A stretch of 64,000 nucleotides of DNA. It comes from Cladosporium halotolerans. Lineage: Eukaryota. Positions 59,012-64,000 of the stretch are shown piece by piece; position 1 is the first letter of the stretch, and every line of letters starts with the position of its first letter. Where the stretch lies: assembly GCF_011745625.1 (NCBI RefSeq), contig NW_027191469.1, forward strand, positions 434,001 to 498,000, in the 5' to 3' direction. The notes under the pieces were generated by a model. The model was not told the origin of the DNA. It searched no databases and saw only the letters and a list, made by a program, of their open reading frames with translations. A program made the position numbers and the translations under genes.

Positions 59012-60922
59012 CTAAAACCTCCTCCTCTTCCTCCCCCCAGCCCTAGCCTTCGCCTCCAACTCCCTCTCCAGCGCCTTCCGCTTCGCATCCGCCCGCTCCT
59101 CCGCAGCTTTCGAGCCGATTTCCGGCCTCGAGTCGGGGGGAACCTTCTTCTCCATTCGCGGTTTGCGAGCCGGGGGAGGAGGAGGAGGTGTCGGCTCCTT
59201 CGACGCAGCCCTGGAGGAAGAGCTGGCTGCGCGTTTGCCGCCGATCGTGCCGAGCTGTTTGCTTTTGGCTTTTGGCTTGGGCTTCGAGGGCGAGGGTAAG
59301 GGAGGGGAGGAAGGCGGTTCTGGAGAGGGCTGCGGCTGCGGCTGGGGCGTGGGTTTGCGGCCGCCGATCGTGCCGAGTTTGGGTTTGGGGTTTGGTTTTG
59401 GTTTGCTTGGGTTTTGGGCGGGTGCTGGTTCGGTGGGGGAGGAGGAGGTTGGGGGTTCTGCTGCTGGGGGAGCTGGGGATGTTGTGTGAGAGCGGACGCC
59501 GCCGAGGGTGTGGAGTTTCTGTTTGGGAGTAGGTGCTGGTTTGGGAGTGGGGGATTTGTGGCGGGTGGGGAGGTGGGAGGAGGAAGAGGGGTTTTGGGAG
59601 GGTTGCGAGGGTGCGTCGAGGTCGTCGCTGTCGGAGTCTGTGGCGTCTTCGTGGGTGAAGGGGCCGCGGGAGGCGCGGGGAGGAGAGGGTTTGTTGACGG
59701 GAGGTTTGGGTGGGGAGTCTTTGGGTGAAGGATCATGCGGCGGAGGGGTGGAGGGCTTTCGTTGAGGTTTTGATGGTTGGGCTGGTCCGTCAAGGTCGTC
59801 TTCGTCTTCGGTCGAGTCGTCGTCATCGTCGTTGTCTGCCTCATGATTCACTAGTGATTCAGGTTGAGGACTTGGTGAAGGTGGTTTATTGTTCGTCTTC
59901 TGCTGGGACTCATTCCTCATGGATGGAGGCTTTGGTGCATCGTCGTCTTCGCTGACATAGTTGTCGGTCTTCTCCGGTGGACGTTCATTGCGTAACCGTG
60001 GTGGAGTCGCCTGCCTCTGGAAATCGTCTTCCATTGTTATGTCTCCTTCGTGATCTTCAAGACCTTCTGGGCCAGCTTGACCGTTCCCAGTCATTTCGAC
60101 GTCTTCAGCAGGGTTCAGGTCAACATACTGCCCAGGCGGTATTTCACGCCACCAGTCTGCAGAAAAATGCTGGTTCTTAGTATCTTTCGACGGCGCAGGT
60201 AAAGAAGCAAAGATGGCATTCAGGGACTCCGATGACAATCCGTCGCCATCTTCACTTTGAGCCACCTGCGCCTTGAAGGCCGCTTCGTCGAACCTTCCCA
60301 GCCCTCTGACATGGCGGGCCAACTGTTCCTGCTGAGACTTCTTGCGCGAGAGCCGGACATTCGCAACGCCAGGAAACACGGCGGTCAAATCGTGTCCAGA
60401 AGTCTCAAGTCGGTCGGTGATCTTGGCGATGATCTTGTCTTTGGCTTGCAGTTCGGCGATCAACGCTTCCAGATTTCGGTTCAGTTGATGGGCTCGGTGC
60501 AGCAGTGGGAATATGAGGTCGTGGCCGATAGACTCATCAGCCGCTCTCTTCAAAATCAACTCCCAATCGAAGGTCGGTAATGACGCAGGAAGAGGTGCCG
60601 TTAGACTCAGTTTCAATTCGCTATTCCTGGAAGGAGAGAGACTCAGCGAAGTGCCTTGCTTCTGCTCAAGTGCCTCGACAATTTTGTCTAGGAATATCTG
60701 AAATTGCTGGTCGTCTTCTTCCGGATCGATACTACAGCTCAAACGCTTCGCTCGGGCAACGATCTCCTCCCGACCAAGCGTCTCGATCCAAATACGGGAG
60801 AGGTCTGTCAAATAGACGCTGTAGCCATCTCGGCTGAAGGAGCTTTTCACAAGCAATGATGGGAGATCGTCACTGCTGTGGTGCAGCTTACTCCAACTTC
60901 CCATGGCTAACGAGCCTCGCAT
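59012..60922 (-). CDS. NHEJ factor XLF/Cernunnos (Nej1-like); alternative start at 60904
   Basis: Head domain YSVYLTDLSRIW, coiled coil LQAKDKIIAKITDRLE, Pro-rich tail and terminal RKRRRF. Confidence 0.82.
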   Translation of the reverse strand: MRGSLAMGSWSKLHHSSDDLPSLLVKSSFSRDGYSVYLTDLSRIWIETLGREEIVARAKRLSCSIDPEEDDQQFQIFLDKIVEALEQKQGTSLSLSPSRNSELKLSLTAPLPASLPTFDWELILKRAADESIGHDLIFPLLHRAHQLNRNLEALIAELQAKDKIIAKITDRLETSGHDLTAVFPGVANVRLSRKKSQQEQLARHVRGLGRFDEAAFKAQVAQSEDGDGLSSESLNAIFASLPAPSKDTKNQHFSADWWREIPPGQYVDLNPAEDVEMTGNGQAGPEGLEDHEGDITMEDDFQRQATPPRLRNERPPEKTDNYVSEDDDAPKPPSMRNESQQKTNNKPPSPSPQPESLVNHEADNDDDDDSTEDEDDLDGPAQPSKPQRKPSTPPPHDPSPKDSPPKPPVNKPSPPRASRGPFTHEDATDSDSDDLDAPSQPSQNPSSSSHLPTRHKSPTPKPAPTPKQKLHTLGGVRSHTTSPAPPAAEPPTSSSPTEPAPAQNPSKPKPNPKPKLGTIGGRKPTPQPQPQPSPEPPSSPPLPSPSKPKPKAKSKQLGTIGGKRAASSSSRAASKEPTPPPPPPARKPRMEKKVPPDSRPEIGSKAAEERADAKRKALERELEAKARAGGRKRRRF

Positions 60923-61228
60923 ATGCTAGTCAGACTCTCTGATTGTTGTTCGGTAAACTGCTGTCTTGTCCAAGTTGATGTAGGCAGCGATCTGACTTCA
61001 CGGTCCGGCACTTGAAGCGGAGACGCGCCGAGCCGCCCGCTTGGGGCGCCGTTGCCGACAGCCGACTTGTTTGCTCGCCTCGAGTTCCATCTTCCATCTT
61101 ATAAACTATAGCCGAGAGCCTTCACTTGCGAAAATCGCCAGGGCGACCACGGATATCCCTCGAGCGTGGCGACCCTAAGTTTCACAGCACTAGACCTCCG
61201 CCATCCGACTGCTCCGCGCACAGCAGCT

Positions 61229-62839
61229 ATGCCGCCGCCGCGCCCAACGATTCCAGCCAAGCGCCCTGCGGCCGAAGCGCAAGAGGCAGCCTGGGTCGCT
61301 GATGAGGACCGCTTCGTGCTACAGCAAGCTAAGAAGAAGGCTGCCATACGTGCGAAGAGTGGGCGCGCACAGCCGATCGATTGGCTTGCTGTGACTCTTG
61401 CGCTGGTGGACCCGGATGGAAATCCACTGGACGACGAGCTGGAGGATGGGGACGTCGACTCGCTGGATCCGGAGGGTGTTTTTGAGGGTTTGGATGAGGA
61501 GCAGCTGGCTGAGCTTGAGAAGGGCGTCGACACCTACATTACGCTGGAGGGGAGCAGGAGCAATCTTGATTATTGGAATGTAAGGCCGAACTCGCGTCCC
61601 CGTGTGCTGTCGTCCACTAATGCTGACAGGCGATTAGATGATGAAAACGATTTGCCAAGAGCGTCGGAAGCACTACAAGTCGGCGCAATCCTCCGCCCGC
61701 GGCGTTTCCTCCGTGGCTGGTAACATAGACAAGCTTCTGGCGCCCAAGACTTTGCCGGAGCTACAGAAGCTGGAGGGTCAGATTCGGTCGAAGCTGTCGT
61801 CTAACGAGCCAATCGATACCGACTATTGGGAGCACTTGCTCCAAAGCTTGCTCATCTACAAGGCGAAGGCCAACCTTCGCAAGATAACGCAATCGATATT
61901 GCAGTCTCGCCTGGGCGGTTTACGCAAGCAGCAAGCAGCAGAAGCTGATGCGCTGAAAACACGATTAGACGCTAAGTTGCGTATTGGTCTGCAAGCGAGC
62001 GACCAACTCACCACATCGGTCCAATCAGGCGTGGCAAATGCGGATGACCACGAGAGACATTCTTTGGATCCCGAGCCGCTTTTGCGTTTGCGCCCGGAAG
62101 ACAAGTCTCTTGAATCTGTCACCGCCAAAGAATTCTCGCAGCGACTTGTCGACGACCGGCGGAAGGTGTTGAGCCTCGGGTATGTTCCTGGTCGCAAGCG
62201 AGGGCATGGTTCAGAAAACACCGAGCCATCTTCGAAGCGTCAACGCACCGGAGAGCCACTGGATACGAAGACTTCCGCCATCTTTGACCGTGAAGTCGCC
62301 CGTGGCCTTAGCGACAATGAGGAGCTACTCACTACCGAAGTTCCCGTCGAGACTAAAAACAAGCACACTTGGCCGGCAGACGTACGCGCCCGCAAACCAC
62401 AATACTTCAATCGCAGCATTCTTGGCTACGAATGGAACAAATACAACCAAACGCATTACGACCATGACAATCCTCCGCCGAAAGTTGTCCAGGGCTACAA
62501 ATTCAACATCCTCTACCCTGACCTTGTGGACAAGACGCGCGCGCCAACCTACAAAATCGAGAGAGAGGGCGGTAGAAGGCGAGGAGAAGTCATGGCGAAG
62601 GCTGGCGAAGATGACACTTGCGTCATTCGCTTTGTGGCGGGCGCCCCGTACGAAGATGTTGCTTTCAGGATTGTCGACCGCGAATGGGACTACAGCGCCA
62701 AAAGGGAGAGAGGATTTAGAAGCAGCTTTGACAAGGGAATTCTTCAACTGCATTTTCAGTTCAAGAAGGTGGGTGCCATTGTGTGCGAGTATGACGTTAT
62801 CTTTGCTAACGGATGTTGCAGATCTACTATCGGAAGTAA
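61229..62839 (+). CDS. Cactin splicing factor. Introns 61580-61637 and 62769-62821
   Basis: EDRFVLQQAKKKAAIR...AQPIDWL and C-terminal RKPQYFNR..GYEWNKYNQTHYDHDNPPPKVVQGYKFNI; last exon IYYRK-stop. Confidence 0.93.
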
Positions 62840-64000
62840 CAAGGCGAGGCTACGGCCTACTCTATGTTCTGGGGAGATAATCAATACCAGCAGGCAGCAT
62901 AAGATGCTCTATTCCCGGATGGTGAAGCGTTGCAAGGGTCTTCAATGACGCCTTCGTGTAGGACTCCAATCCTATGCACAGCACGTCAGTATGTATGAAT
63001 AGAACTGACTGAGTCGGCGCGATGCTTATATATTCCAAGCCCATTTTTTCCTGGTACGAAATAGTGATTGCTTTTCACTGCGGTAGCTCCTTGAGTGCGG
63101 TCTTCTTGCAAGCTCAATGGGGTTTGAGCAACCAATGGAGTGAATGCATGTCACCGCTGCGTGGAAATGACAGGCGACACCGCATGTTTCAATCTTAGTA
63201 CGAAGCTCGGTCGTACCTCTCATCCACGTTGCCCAATACATGGATACCTAGACTATTCTTGCGCACACCCGAGCTGTCAAACTGCCTTTGCAATACCACA
63301 CTGCAGTAGACAATAGCACGGCTGTTACGCCGTGCCTCTGCTGTGAACCCAAGACTCTCGATATCCGAAACGCCCGCAGTGAGACCAGTATGGCCTCCGA
63401 CTGGCATCCCTCGTCGATCTCTTGCTGTCGCGTGCATGCTACACAGGGCCGCCAGACCTCGGATACCTGCAGACAACCGAGTGCCGCTGTCGACGGCTAG
63501 CCGCTGGTGTGGCGCAACATTATACTCTGCGATGGCAAGACGATGATGGACATTGAGGAGAGTGCGCGCAAGTACTATCACCAACGCGGCCCCACTTTAA
63601 TCCTCCATGAGAAGAATCTTGCTTGCATATGCTGACAATCGCCATAGCAAACCCACAAGCGCCGGCATCTGTCCCCGTGCGAACCTCACTCTGCAGGGAC
63701 GTATGCGACAAGAATGCCGAACGAAAAGACCAAACGAGCAAGCATACATCGGACTCTGAGAGAGCCCTGGAATCTACAAGGCTATGACAAGCGGTGCGGT
63801 GTGCCGCCAGCCGTCGGAGCTGCAACCGTCCGCAAACTGGCTGCGGCCCTGTATCCCAGAGGTGCAGAGCGCACTTGCCGCGCATACATTGCTATGTTGA
63901 AGTCACCGGGTGGCTATCGTGCCACTGCTTCCCGCACGCGCGTGCTGCGATGAGTCTAAGAACTCCCGTGAGCGTGTGTCCGTCGGTCACCTCGTTCCGT

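Overview
Gene-dense, GC-rich eukaryotic DNA from a filamentous ascomycete. Short GT-AG introns with CTRAC branch points and a mannitol dehydrogenase very like the Cladosporium allergen Cla h 8 suggest a Dothideomycete near Cladosporium (from memory, not a search). About 26 protein-coding genes can be supported, mostly housekeeping: RPD3, RPN11, flavohemoglobin, a 6PGD paralogue, PEX2, an ABCC transporter, TIM50, an MDR reductase, kinesin-8, a Leu3-like Zn2Cys6 factor, an amidase, a DUF3253 protein, an NBP2-like SH3 protein, RTC1/SEA2, an SDR, RPS21, a UTR2-like GH16, mannitol dehydrogenase, XLF/NEJ1, cactin and several hypotheticals. No transposon, CRISPR array, rRNA or canonical tRNA was recognised. 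The most interesting signals lie outside the ORF track: (1) a ~320-nt TATA-preceded box H/ACA RNA (50318-50640, minus) whose 3' pocket is complementary to the U2 snRNA branch-point region; (2) a 1049-nt first intron of RPN11 that holds a same-strand Arg-rich ORF; (3) a non-tRNA Pol III-type unit near 28.1-28.3 kb; (4) about 11 abrupt C/A-rich to G/T-rich skew switches that ignore gene orientation. All coordinates, splice sites and folds were derived by eye; no searches were run.
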